Assembly (NCBI GenBank): GCA_964655125.1
Contig: CAZZLT010000046.1
Location: 82,159 to 146,158, forward strand
Direction: 5' to 3'
Origin: an uncultured Desulfurococcaceae archaeon
GTDB taxonomy: Archaea; Thermoproteota; Thermoprotei_A; Sulfolobales; NBVN01
DNA length: 64,000 nucleotides
Made by a program: the position numbers and the translations under genes
Notes under the pieces: model-generated
Told to the model about the DNA's origin: nothing
The model's input: the letters and a program-made list of their open reading frames with translations, nothing else
Database searches by the model: none
Shown: one piece after another, positions 42,429-51,557 of the stretch
Layout of the letters: every line of letters starts with the position of its first letter
Position numbering within the stretch: position 1 is the stretch's first letter

Positions 42429-42854
42429 TTAAGCTAAACCTACCTCTTGTTTCTTCTCCCTAGATGCCTTAAGTGCTTGAATAGCTGCAGCTATACTACC
42501 TTTACTACTTATTAAAGCTCCCCAACGAGCTTTAAACTTCGATGGTACTAACGGCCTAACCCTCTTCTTAATTCTAGATGGTATAAATGTTGATTCCATA
42601 CTCTTAAGTCCGTAACTACCATCTATCATCTCAACAACTATATCCCTCTCAATTAAACTTATTAACACCTTCCTAAGTCTATCCTCACCAGCTAGACCAC
42701 TAAGTTCCTTCCTTAACTCCTTCCAAGTGACGGGTCTACCCTTTCTCCTAATTATACTTATGATCAAGTCTTCTAATCCCTTATCATCTGGAGCCTGCAT
42801 TACTACTACATCTTCATCCTCATAGATAATTCTTAACTCACTAGAACTACCCAC
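42429..42854 (-). CDS. Hypothetical winged-helix-like protein with basic tail
   Basis: LIISIIRRKGRPVTWKELRKEL...LRKVLISLIERDIVV resembles a wHTH. The C-terminus is K/R-rich. Confidence 0.5.
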   Translation of the reverse strand: MGSSSELRIIYEDEDVVVMQAPDDKGLEDLIISIIRRKGRPVTWKELRKELSGLAGEDRLRKVLISLIERDIVVEMIDGSYGLKSMESTFIPSRIKKRVRPLVPSKFKARWGALISSKGSIAAAIQALKASREKKQEVGLA

Positions 42855-42969
42855 TACACCTCACCCATATAAAATATATTATAACACCATACATTTATAT
42901 TTTTATCACTATAAAATACTAATAATAAGATGAAATAGATTTAAATTCCCTTATTAATGACCACTTACA

Positions 42970-43266
42970 TTACTCACTATTAAATGAAGCACCAACAGCT
43001 ACGTTATCTAACGGTAATGTAAATTGACGAATACCTAATCTCTCAATTATAACATCAACAATCTTCACAACATCTATACTATCATCTAATTCTATAACAT
43101 CGTCGTTGAGGAACATGATGTTCTTACCATCATTACTTTCGGTAATTACTAAATTCAACCTCATACTTAAGTTATCTTCAAGTATCTTCTTAACCTTAAC
43201 TAACCTCCTAATCATGATCTTAGACTTACATGGAGATATACTAGCTATTATCGTAACTCCCTCCAT
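42970..43266 (-). CDS. Hypothetical small alpha/beta protein (thioredoxin-fold-like pattern without CxxC)
   Basis: 98 aa. Its pattern is similar to that of 60189-60566. Confidence 0.45.
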   Translation of the reverse strand: MEGVTIIASISPCKSKIMIRRLVKVKKILEDNLSMRLNLVITESNDGKNIMFLNDDVIELDDSIDVVKIVDVIIERLGIRQFTLPLDNVAVGASFNSE

Positions 43267-43687
43267 TATAAGACCTATATAACTATCTCTTAAGATAATA
43301 CCTTATATAGCTTTACACCCGAGACTTTAAGGACTTTTTAAATTATTTTCGAATTTGCTTACTTTATTTTATGATTTCTAAGTTATAGAAGTTTATAAAC
43401 TCTAGAAGATTAAGTACCTATCAGAGGGTAGGAACACTCTGAGTTTCTGATACCCATAGAGTGATGGACCCCTAGGTAATTAGAAGGAATATAATGCAGT
43501 GAGGGATTTAGGAGGTGGTTGAGGAGTAGATAATGAGGAGTCCTATAAAATGAGGGGTGATGAATCACCATCTACCGAGAGATGATGAGGATTTAGGTGA
43601 TGGAAAGAGATAGAACCTGTTAATTAGTATAAATACAACTACATAAACTTATAAACCATAATTATCAAAAACTATAGGTTAAACATA

Positions 43688-43855
43688 ATGGTGAAAGAAT
43701 TATTAATAAATAATAAAACTGTATATCAATGCGAAGCATGCGGTCTTTACTATCTAGATTTGGAAACTGCTAAGAGGTGTGAAGAATGGTGTAGAAAAAT
43801 GAAGAGTTGCTCTATCGAAATCACTAAGAAAGCAGTACATCCTCAAAAGCTTTAA
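43688..43855 (+). CDS. Small Cys-rich (putative metal-binding) protein, 55 aa, below track threshold
   Basis: My translation reads MVKELLINNKTVYQCEACGLYYLDLETAKRCEEWCRKMKSCSIEITKKAVHPQKL. TATA-like sequences lie 30-60 nt upstream. Confidence 0.5.
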   Translation: MVKELLINNKTVYQCEACGLYYLDLETAKRCEEWCRKMKSCSIEITKKAVHPQKL

Positions 43856-44053
43856 CATAGAATTTGATGTATGGGTATACGATAGAAGTTACCGGATTAC
43901 CTACAAACATGATCCGCATTTACCAGCTGTGGCAGACCTTGAATGTATGATACCTTCTCATAATTGAGAACTATTAAGTTATACTGGATTTATTACGAAT
44001 AAATTATATATTGCTGATGCAAAATTACTTGATGGTAGAATTGGTGGTTATTT

Positions 44054-44758
44054 ATGGTATATGATGTTAGGATACAGGCTGTAGATGCTTTAAGGATATT
44101 GAGGAGGTTATTTAAGTATAGAGAGTTGGAGGGTATTACAGGTCTCTCTATCCCTACGTTATGGAGGTATGTTAATATGAGGATATTACCAACTAGGGAG
44201 AGGTCTAAGGAGATACTTGATAAGATATTAAGTGAGGATGTCATTAAGAAGATTATAGAGAGAAATATAAAAATCATTGATAATTCAGTTGTTGGTATTG
44301 CGAATCTCATATATAATATAGATTACCTAAAACTGTTTTCATTAGTAGCCTACAGAGTCTTTAGTGATCTAGAGCCGACAGCTATAGCTACTGTAGAAGT
44401 TGATGGTATACCATTAGCAGTTATGATCTCAGAAGTCTTCGACTCTAAACTAGTTGTTGCTAAGAGGAGGTTAGATATAGGGGTATCTGACTACTATGAG
44501 GTTAGTTATATCTCAGGAGAACCACCACTAATAACTAGCCTATACATACCATCAAATGTCCTGAGCCGTAACGATAGGGTGTTAATAGTTGATGACTTAC
44601 TACGTAGTGGTAAGACTAGTCAAGCATTAATAAGACTTATAAAGAAGACTAAAGCAACACCTATAGGTATCTATGCCGTAGTTGCATTAGGTAATAGATG
44701 GTATGAAACATTAAAAGATGAAGTTGGTAAGATTTACGTGAACTACATAATAAGTTAA
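44054..44758 (+). CDS. HTH + phosphoribosyltransferase-domain protein (PyrE-like / PurR-GfcR-type regulator)
   Basis: N-terminal HTH (ELEGITGLSIPTLWRYVN) and the PRPP-binding loop VLIVDDLLRSGKT. Confidence 0.7.
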   Translation: MVYDVRIQAVDALRILRRLFKYRELEGITGLSIPTLWRYVNMRILPTRERSKEILDKILSEDVIKKIIERNIKIIDNSVVGIANLIYNIDYLKLFSLVAYRVFSDLEPTAIATVEVDGIPLAVMISEVFDSKLVVAKRRLDIGVSDYYEVSYISGEPPLITSLYIPSNVLSRNDRVLIVDDLLRSGKTSQALIRLIKKTKATPIGIYAVVALGNRWYETLKDEVGKIYVNYIIS

Positions 44759-44983
44759 AGATGAAGATTAATGAGTAGGTTTAACTTATGCTAACCGTTA
44801 AGTTCGTAGCATCAGCTCTATCCATAGCGTTACTGTTTAAGGTTCTAACACATACATCTATAGTAAGTTACTTAAAGAGTATTAAGAACTTAAGCATTCG
44901 TGAATCCTTAAGCACAACACTGAACCCTACAAATTACATACTATAGTTAAAGGAATGTGAAGGTAGGGTTAGGGTATTGAATT

Positions 44984-45655
44984 ATGAGATCAATTAACAA
45001 TATGATGAGTAATTCAAACATCCGTACTAACACATACTTAGGACAATCAACCCTGACAATACAGTTAATACATAAGTATGTTAATGACTACATAAACATG
45101 TTGTTAATCACTAGAGAACCTATCAAGTCAGTACCTTCTGAATTAGTAAATGAGGATGTTGAAGACCTCCACAACACACTACAAACTATTAATTCATCAT
45201 ATACTAACAAATACAGATATATTCATTCAATACTGAATAACTACGTAAGTAATAACATGATTCTTAAAGTCCTTAGAGAATTAAGTTACTGTGATTTAGT
45301 AGTATATGATGTAGTTAGTAATTATGAAGTAACGTTAGATGTGTGTAGATTTGTGATTAACCTATGTATTAGTGAGAGCGTAAACTTCCTAGAATACATT
45401 AGTGAGACAGGGGCATACCTACCGAGTAAGTTCTTAGGTAGTGTAGTCCTTAAAGGATCTAACCATACAATAGTGACCCTGATTAAATCTTACTCTAACA
45501 TAATACATTTATTACTTGATGGTGAGATTAAGGATTTATTAAAGAATTCACTAGATAGTTACTTAAGGATCGACATAGACGATACAGCTTTAACTGATGT
45601 ATCAGCTCTAACAACATCATCTACACTTATGATATTACCATCTACGAACATGTAG
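44984..45655 (+). CDS. Hypothetical protein
   Basis: 223 aa, N/S/T-rich N-terminus, no motif recognised. Lies 12 nt upstream of the phosphoesterase gene. Confidence 0.5.
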   Translation: MRSINNMMSNSNIRTNTYLGQSTLTIQLIHKYVNDYINMLLITREPIKSVPSELVNEDVEDLHNTLQTINSSYTNKYRYIHSILNNYVSNNMILKVLRELSYCDLVVYDVVSNYEVTLDVCRFVINLCISESVNFLEYISETGAYLPSKFLGSVVLKGSNHTIVTLIKSYSNIIHLLLDGEIKDLLKNSLDSYLRIDIDDTALTDVSALTTSSTLMILPSTNM

Positions 45656-45667
45656 GTAGTATAAGTT

Positions 45668-46309
45668 ATGAACACTAAATATAGCTTTAATAATTCATTA
45701 CATCCTAAAAAGATTATTTACTGTGTTGATATCCACGGCTCTGAACATAACTTTAGGAGGTTGTTAATAGAATCTACTAAGTTAGGAGTTGAGGTTATCA
45801 TCATAGGTGGTGATATCAATATTGATTTGAAGGATGTGATTTTGTTTAATCATTATAGACTACTATTAATACCTGGTGAATGTGATGATGTTTACATAAC
45901 TAAGTATGCTAGGGAGTTGAACATACTTTCAGATGGTGTTGTAGTAGATGTAGATGGTATTAAGATTGGGTGTGTTGGTGGGTTAACTACGCATCAATCT
46001 ATAAGGAGGTTATATAAGTATATTAACACTATAGGAGGTCTTGACCTCTTAGTAACTCACTTCCCACCTAAGGGTTGTTTAGATAGTGTTTTGAATAATC
46101 TCCACAGTGGGTTAAGAGAGGTAAGGGATTTGATATTGAGATATTCAGTAAAGTATGTATTTACAGGACATCACCACGATAATATAGGTGTATGTGTGTT
46201 AGGTAATTCCATAGTTATTAATCCAGGACCTTTAAGTCTAGGACATTATCTATTAGTAGAGTATATTCCGAGTAAACCCCTTACCTACGTATTCATGAAA
46301 CTTCCTTAA
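45668..46309 (+). CDS. Calcineurin-like metallophosphoesterase
   Basis: DIHGS, GGDIN, and GHHH near the C-terminus. Confidence 0.75.
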   Translation: MNTKYSFNNSLHPKKIIYCVDIHGSEHNFRRLLIESTKLGVEVIIIGGDINIDLKDVILFNHYRLLLIPGECDDVYITKYARELNILSDGVVVDVDGIKIGCVGGLTTHQSIRRLYKYINTIGGLDLLVTHFPPKGCLDSVLNNLHSGLREVRDLILRYSVKYVFTGHHHDNIGVCVLGNSIVINPGPLSLGHYLLVEYIPSKPLTYVFMKLP

Positions 46310-47000
46310 CCTCAAACACGTCACCACCCCATATATCCCTAATAATCGGTGATTGAATTACTTCATTATCATTTAAAATTTTAAAGTATCCATCGATAGG
46401 ACGGTCTCTAAAGACCTTTAAGAATGCTATACCATCATCACCTACTACAGTCTTATCTAACATCTTACTACTCCATACCTCCACTACACTACCTGGAGGG
46501 AGTCCTTTAACTATCACATTATCACCTCTCTTAGTATAGATGTTCTCCGTAGGTATATCCTCAACACGTCCTTCAGGTGTAACCCAACCAAGTTTTACTA
46601 AACCGAACGGCCCGATATTAAAGTATTTTATGTAGATCTCGTAAGAACCCCTACTCAAGAATATAGGTTCTGAGTAGTATAGTGTTGGTGGTTGTTCAAA
46701 CCAACCATTAATTAAGACCTCATCACCTAACCTCATAATACAACCATCATCACATTCCATGAACAGAATATAATAACCATCTTTACGTATGTCTAAGTAC
46801 CCATACCACTCAACCATAAAATCCATACTATCGAAGTTCTTAGATGGTGGTTCAAACCATATAAAATTTATACATTGATCTACTCTAACCATTAGAGGAT
46901 TACTACTGACGTTGAAAGCGTTAGTATCAGTTATAGCATAATAATACCCTAGTAAACCATGTGCTAACCCAGCCTGTAATCTAATAAATAGATACTTCAT
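46293..47000 (-). CDS. PA14-like domain protein
   Basis: GLLGYYY, MVEWYGYLDIRKDGYYILFMECDDGCIMRLGDEVLING pattern. No signal peptide or TM segment is evident. Confidence 0.55.
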   Translation of the reverse strand: MKYLFIRLQAGLAHGLLGYYYAITDTNAFNVSSNPLMVRVDQCINFIWFEPPSKNFDSMDFMVEWYGYLDIRKDGYYILFMECDDGCIMRLGDEVLINGWFEQPPTLYYSEPIFLSRGSYEIYIKYFNIGPFGLVKLGWVTPEGRVEDIPTENIYTKRGDNVIVKGLPPGSVVEVWSSKMLDKTVVGDDGIAFLKVFRDRPIDGYFKILNDNEVIQSPIIRDIWGGDVFEVKEVS

Positions 47001-47165
47001 AACTACCCAAACAAAACCTCATTTGATAGTATATTTAAGACTTTAGGGAGTTCAAACCCGTATTAACCTATACTCGTTTACGCATAATCACTATCTATAA
47101 TCCTTAAGGTATTCGTAATTCTCAATTACCAACCTAACGACCCCATCCTAGTAGATTCAATTATA

Positions 47166-47651
47166 CTAAGTAGTTATAGCCATTACGTACGCATCTTCAC
47201 CGTCTAGGTAATAATGTTTAATTACCTTCACCTTCTTAAATCCTAAAGACTCGTAGAGTTTGATTGCCGGTATATTACTAACTCTTACTTCTAGGTATAC
47301 CTCCTCAACATCGTAACACTCCTTAAGTCTCCTCATGGACTCCCTCATTAACTTAGTACCGATACCTAATCTCCTGTAGTTAGGGTGGACTGCTATACTA
47401 ACTATATGTCCTAACCTAACTATACCTCTCCTTATATGTCCTAAACCAGTCTCAACCCTACACATAACATAACCAACTACTTCGTTATCAACCTCAGCTA
47501 GTAGGAATGCCTTACCCCAAGCACGTAGATGGTCTAACCAGAAGTCTAATGGGTAGTGCTCAGGTAATGATATCATATTTATCTCAATAACTTTCTTTAA
47601 ATCCTCCTCACAAACTTCTCTAATCATAACATTTACTGACATCACATCCAC
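47166..47651 (-). CDS. GNAT N-acetyltransferase (archaeal Ard1/RimI-like N-terminal acetyltransferase)
   Basis: GHIVSIAVHPNYRRLGIGTKLM acetyl-CoA motif. Confidence 0.8.
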   Translation of the reverse strand: MDVMSVNVMIREVCEEDLKKVIEINMISLPEHYPLDFWLDHLRAWGKAFLLAEVDNEVVGYVMCRVETGLGHIRRGIVRLGHIVSIAVHPNYRRLGIGTKLMRESMRRLKECYDVEEVYLEVRVSNIPAIKLYESLGFKKVKVIKHYYLDGEDAYVMAITT

Positions 47652-47695
47652 TAACTACCACTTCATATATAATTTAAAAAATTTAATTCTAGATA

Positions 47696-48958
47696 TTGGA
47701 GGGTATGAAGTTTCATTACCATCCAAGTGATGAGATAAGGGGTATGGAGTCGGACTCCTTAAACGGTAAGAAGTTAGTATTAGGTGTAACTGGTAGTGTC
47801 GCTATTTATAAAGCTGTAGACTTAGCTAGGGAGTTAATTAAGAGGTCAGCTGATGTATATGTAGTTATGAGTAAGGATGCTACAAAGTTAGTAGATCCAC
47901 AACTCTTTGAGTGGGCTACTGGTAATAAAGTATTTACAGAGTTCTCAGGGGAGGTAGGTCATGTAGTATTAAGTCAAACCTGTGATGGTATGGTAATAGC
48001 ACCTGCTACAGCTAATACTATAGCTAAGTTAGCTATTGGTGTAGCTGATACTTCAGTAAGTCTTACAGCTCTTAACTTCATAGGTTTGAGGAAGCCTTTA
48101 GTGATTGCCCCAGCAATGCATTTAGCTATGTATAGAGCTCCTCAGATCTCTGAAGCTATAAGTAAACTCAGGAGTTATGGGGTAATGATCTTAGAACCTC
48201 AAGAAGATGATGTTAGAGCTAAGTTCCCTGAGGTAGATGATATAGCACTTGCTGTGGAGGTAGCAGTACTTAGAGGTACTGACTTAAGAGGTGTGAGAGT
48301 CTTAGTGACTGCAGGTCCTACAAGGGAGTTTTTAGACCCTGTAAGATTCCTAACAAATGCTAGCTCCGGTAGGATGGGTATAGCTATAGCTAAGGAAGCA
48401 TATTTTAGAGGTGCTGATGTGACTTTAATACATGGTCCTGTAAACAGAGCTTTAATCCCTAAATACGTGAGGTCTTTAAGTGTTACAACAACTACTGAAA
48501 TGCTTAACGCAGTAGTTAATGAGTTGAAGAATAAACATTATGATGTCGTGATCTTAGCAGGTGCTCCATCAGACTTCAAATTTAAAGATGTTAGTAAGAT
48601 GAAGGTAGACTCCAGTATAGAGTCATTAGAAGTAACTCTACAACCTACTCCGAAAATAGCTGAGGAGATTAGGAAGATTTATAACGGTTTAGTTGTAGGG
48701 TTTGCTGCTGAGACCGTAGGTGGTGATGTAAATACTCTTAGGGATAGAGCTAAGCGTAAGTTAGTTGAGAGGGGGTTTAACATTATAGTAGCTAATGATG
48801 TCTCAAGCAGTGAGGTAGGATTTAATAGTAGGTTTAACGAAGTACTTATATTAGGTAGTAACGGTTTTGAGAAGTTCATACCTAAAACTCGTAAGGAGTT
48901 AATAGCTAGGGAGATACTCGATATTATTAAAAAGTTATTAAGGGTTAACAAAACTTGA
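47696..48958 (+). CDS. coaBC: Bifunctional phosphopantothenoylcysteine synthetase/decarboxylase
   Basis: Flavoprotein N-domain GVTGSVAIYK, PAMH, and a C-terminal CoaB domain; 420 aa. Confidence 0.92.
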   Translation: MEGMKFHYHPSDEIRGMESDSLNGKKLVLGVTGSVAIYKAVDLARELIKRSADVYVVMSKDATKLVDPQLFEWATGNKVFTEFSGEVGHVVLSQTCDGMVIAPATANTIAKLAIGVADTSVSLTALNFIGLRKPLVIAPAMHLAMYRAPQISEAISKLRSYGVMILEPQEDDVRAKFPEVDDIALAVEVAVLRGTDLRGVRVLVTAGPTREFLDPVRFLTNASSGRMGIAIAKEAYFRGADVTLIHGPVNRALIPKYVRSLSVTTTTEMLNAVVNELKNKHYDVVILAGAPSDFKFKDVSKMKVDSSIESLEVTLQPTPKIAEEIRKIYNGLVVGFAAETVGGDVNTLRDRAKRKLVERGFNIIVANDVSSSEVGFNSRFNEVLILGSNGFEKFIPKTRKELIAREILDIIKKLLRVNKT

Positions 48959-49824
48959 GAGTCATAATACCACTCCATATAACTGGTTTTTGGTATGTTG
49001 TAGAGTCCTACAACCCAGTATTTACCGGGTCTTTAGGTGCTGGTATAACTTTAGACCCACCAGTAATTGCTGAAGAGAGTAGTTATGACTGTGAATTATT
49101 AATTAACGATGAATGCGTAGTAAGTCCAGTGATAGTCACAGCACGTAGGTTAGCACAAATAAGTAGTGATTCAGGGGTTAGTTTGAGTTCTAAGGTTGCA
49201 TTAGGTAACGGTTATGGTTTAAGTGCAGCATCAACTCTTGCTTACCTAATTATAAAGACCGGTAATACCAACCGTTACACTCTTAATAAAGCGGCAATAA
49301 CAGCTCATGTAGCTGAAGTACTTAATAAGACAGGCTATGGTGATGTCATTGCTGAGTTCTATGGAGGTGGTCTAGTTTTAAGGACCCAGCCAGGACCTCC
49401 AGGTATAGGTTCGGTAGATATCATACCGGTTAGTAAGTCCTTGAAAGTCGTTACAGTAGTCCTCGGTAGTTTAACAACTACTGAGATGATGTTAAGGTAT
49501 GGTTTTAAGATAAATGAGGTTGGTAAATCCGTATATAGGAAATTCTTAGAAGATACTACTATAGAGTCATTCGTAGATCTCGCCCGCGAATTCAGTTTAA
49601 GTGTAGGGATGCTGAGTAACGATTTAGACACTCTACTCAAGTCTAAATTATCTAAGTATTTAAGTAATGGGTGTGTGTTAGGTTACTTCATTAAGAAGAA
49701 ACTATTAACAGTAATAGTTGAAGATGAGTGCTTAGTAGAAGTTACTGACATCTTGAGTAGGTATGTAGGACCACCTAAAGTTTTTAATATAGCTAGACAT
49801 GGTCTCATAGTGATGCCGAAATGA
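48955..49824 (+). CDS. Pantoate kinase (archaeal GHMP-family PoK)
   Basis: IPLHITGFW start, GHMP motif GNGYGLSAAS, and position between coaBC and PPS. Confidence 0.8.
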   Translation: MRVIIPLHITGFWYVVESYNPVFTGSLGAGITLDPPVIAEESSYDCELLINDECVVSPVIVTARRLAQISSDSGVSLSSKVALGNGYGLSAASTLAYLIIKTGNTNRYTLNKAAITAHVAEVLNKTGYGDVIAEFYGGGLVLRTQPGPPGIGSVDIIPVSKSLKVVTVVLGSLTTTEMMLRYGFKINEVGKSVYRKFLEDTTIESFVDLAREFSLSVGMLSNDLDTLLKSKLSKYLSNGCVLGYFIKKKLLTVIVEDECLVEVTDILSRYVGPPKVFNIARHGLIVMPK

Positions 49825-50597
49825 TTGAAATCTCACCTAATCATCCGAGGTATTGGTCTTTAGTCATAAGGGAGAGACTTGTTAAGGGGTTTGAGGAAGG
49901 TTATGTAGTTCCTCAAGGTCTTATAGCTCATGGTAGGGGGGAGTGTTTTGATTACTTATTAGGTGAAGTCACTATACCACCAGCTCTGAAGGCTATAAGA
50001 GCTGCTGCAGCTACGTTACTCATATCTAAATACCCTGTAATATCTGTTAATGGTAATGCTGCAGCTTTAGTTCCTGGGGAGATAGTTAGGTTAGCTAAGC
50101 TAGTTGGTGCTAAGATAGAGGTTAATTTATTCCATAGAACACGTAGTAGGGAGTTAAAGATTGTGGAGGTCTTAAGATCTTACGGAGCTGATGAGGTTTT
50201 AGGTGTAGAGGGTGATGACCTAACTACTATACCTGAAATCTTCAGTGAGAGACGTAAAGTTAGTTTAAGAGGTATTTACAGAGCTGATACTGTATTAGTA
50301 CCGTTAGAGGATGGGGATAGAGCTGAAGCTCTTAGGAAGTTAGGTAAGACTGTCATAGCTATAGATTTAAACCCGTTATCAAGAACTTCAAGAGCTGCAT
50401 CAATAACTATAGTTGATAATATTGTGAGGGCTTTACCTAAATTAGTTGAGGAGGTTGAGAGTTTGAAGAAGTTTAACGTTAATGAGTTAAGACGAATAGT
50501 TACTGAATATAATAATGAGGAAGTTCTTAAGGAAGTCATTAACTACATACTTGATAGACTCTACATACTATCTAAGGAATTAAGACTTACTACTTAA
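49821..50597 (+). CDS. Phosphopantothenate synthetase (4-phosphopantoate--beta-alanine ligase, archaeal PPS)
   Basis: HPRYWSL..RE...G.......GLIAHGRGECFDYLLGE pattern. Confidence 0.82.
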   Translation: MIEISPNHPRYWSLVIRERLVKGFEEGYVVPQGLIAHGRGECFDYLLGEVTIPPALKAIRAAAATLLISKYPVISVNGNAAALVPGEIVRLAKLVGAKIEVNLFHRTRSRELKIVEVLRSYGADEVLGVEGDDLTTIPEIFSERRKVSLRGIYRADTVLVPLEDGDRAEALRKLGKTVIAIDLNPLSRTSRAASITIVDNIVRALPKLVEEVESLKKFNVNELRRIVTEYNNEEVLKEVINYILDRLYILSKELRLTT

Positions 50598-51269
50598 CAT
50601 ATCCAACCTAGCTAAAGAATCCTTACGATGATCTTCTTCACTAACGTCTAAATCGATGTTTACACCTTTAAACTTCTTAATAACTATATTTAAGTACTTA
50701 AACATTAACCTAACCTTACTATTAAAATCCTTAAAGAAATTCTCATAATTTTGAGTTTCTTTAAAGAGCTTCACAACTATAGGTATATCATTAAATAACA
50801 TCTGCTTTAACTTACTCTTATCACTAACTGATAAGGAGTTCTTAACTGAGAGTTCAGATATAAAGTTTAATATATTATCTATATCAACAACCTCTACTTG
50901 AAGTTTAAGTAGAGTTACTTCAGGGTCACTATCTAAAGAGTCTTCATACTTACCCTCATAGATATCTAAAGCTTTAGAAATAACTGAAGGGTCTGTAAAC
51001 CTCCACCACCTCTGATTAGATGACTTATAAGTAGTTTCTATAACACCGAAATCTCTCTCCATAATCCTAAGTAATTGATTAGGATTATAGTTAAACCCCT
51101 TCTCACGTAACTTACTAACTAATGATTTAAAGTCGAAATCCCCAAGAACTTTCCTACCATCGACAGTATTCACACTGTATAACTCATAAGCTGTCTTCAA
51201 CACTAAATAAGCTTTCTCCCCATACTTGTAGAGGAGGTCAAGCACTATAGACTCACTGATACCAACCAT
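50580..51269 (-). CDS. Hypothetical protein
   Basis: 229 aa with no recognised motif. Confidence 0.5.
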   Translation of the reverse strand: MVGISESIVLDLLYKYGEKAYLVLKTAYELYSVNTVDGRKVLGDFDFKSLVSKLREKGFNYNPNQLLRIMERDFGVIETTYKSSNQRWWRFTDPSVISKALDIYEGKYEDSLDSDPEVTLLKLQVEVVDIDNILNFISELSVKNSLSVSDKSKLKQMLFNDIPIVVKLFKETQNYENFFKDFNSKVRLMFKYLNIVIKKFKGVNIDLDVSEEDHRKDSLARLDMLSSKS

Positions 51270-51557
51270 AAGAACTACTTCCTAAAGGATCAAACCTACA
51301 CCTAATTTAAATACTACTCATAAGGAGTTACTAAAACATTACTTAAAAAAGTATTACTCAGGTATTACGTTAATGTCTTATTTGTAACACCTAGGAAGTT
51401 GTATGAAGTAGGTGTAAATATATCATAGACAATTATGAAAACTAAGAACATCATAAACTTCTCTGGAGTTCCCATAGATTCTTAAGTTAATTCATTCACT
51501 TATTCCTTACGTTCTAAAGAGGTCTAAATCTAAGATTTAAAACGTTAAAAACTATAG

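Noticed and set aside
43557-43604. C/D box sRNA reading of GTGATGA-12nt-CGAG-AGA-TGATGA-12nt-TGGA
   Set aside because: The spacing fits, but both D-type boxes deviate from CUGA (CGAG, TGGA), including the normally invariant terminal D box. There is no terminal stem. It is kept only as part of the repeat-block finding.
43867-43947. 26-codon ORF (MYGYTIEVTGLPTNMIRIYQLWQTLNV), considered as a possible pseudogene fragment
   Set aside because: It is too short, has no recognisable family, and the flanking frames are closed.
44788-44946. 52-aa ORF MLTVKFVASALSIALLFKVL... in the gap after the PRT-regulator gene
   Set aside because: It has no ribosome-binding or promoter signal and an S/T/L-rich composition unlike confident genes. 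There is no motif. Evidence is insufficient to call it.
47045-47075. GGGAGTTCAAACCCG, a T-arm-like fragment that could mark a tRNA-derived att site of an element integrated next to the tRNAi gene
   Set aside because: Only a 3-bp stem with an 8-nt loop is possible. It is not a repeat of the tRNAi 3' end (GGTGGTTCAAA...TCCACC). No integrase lies between 41.3 and 47.1 kb.
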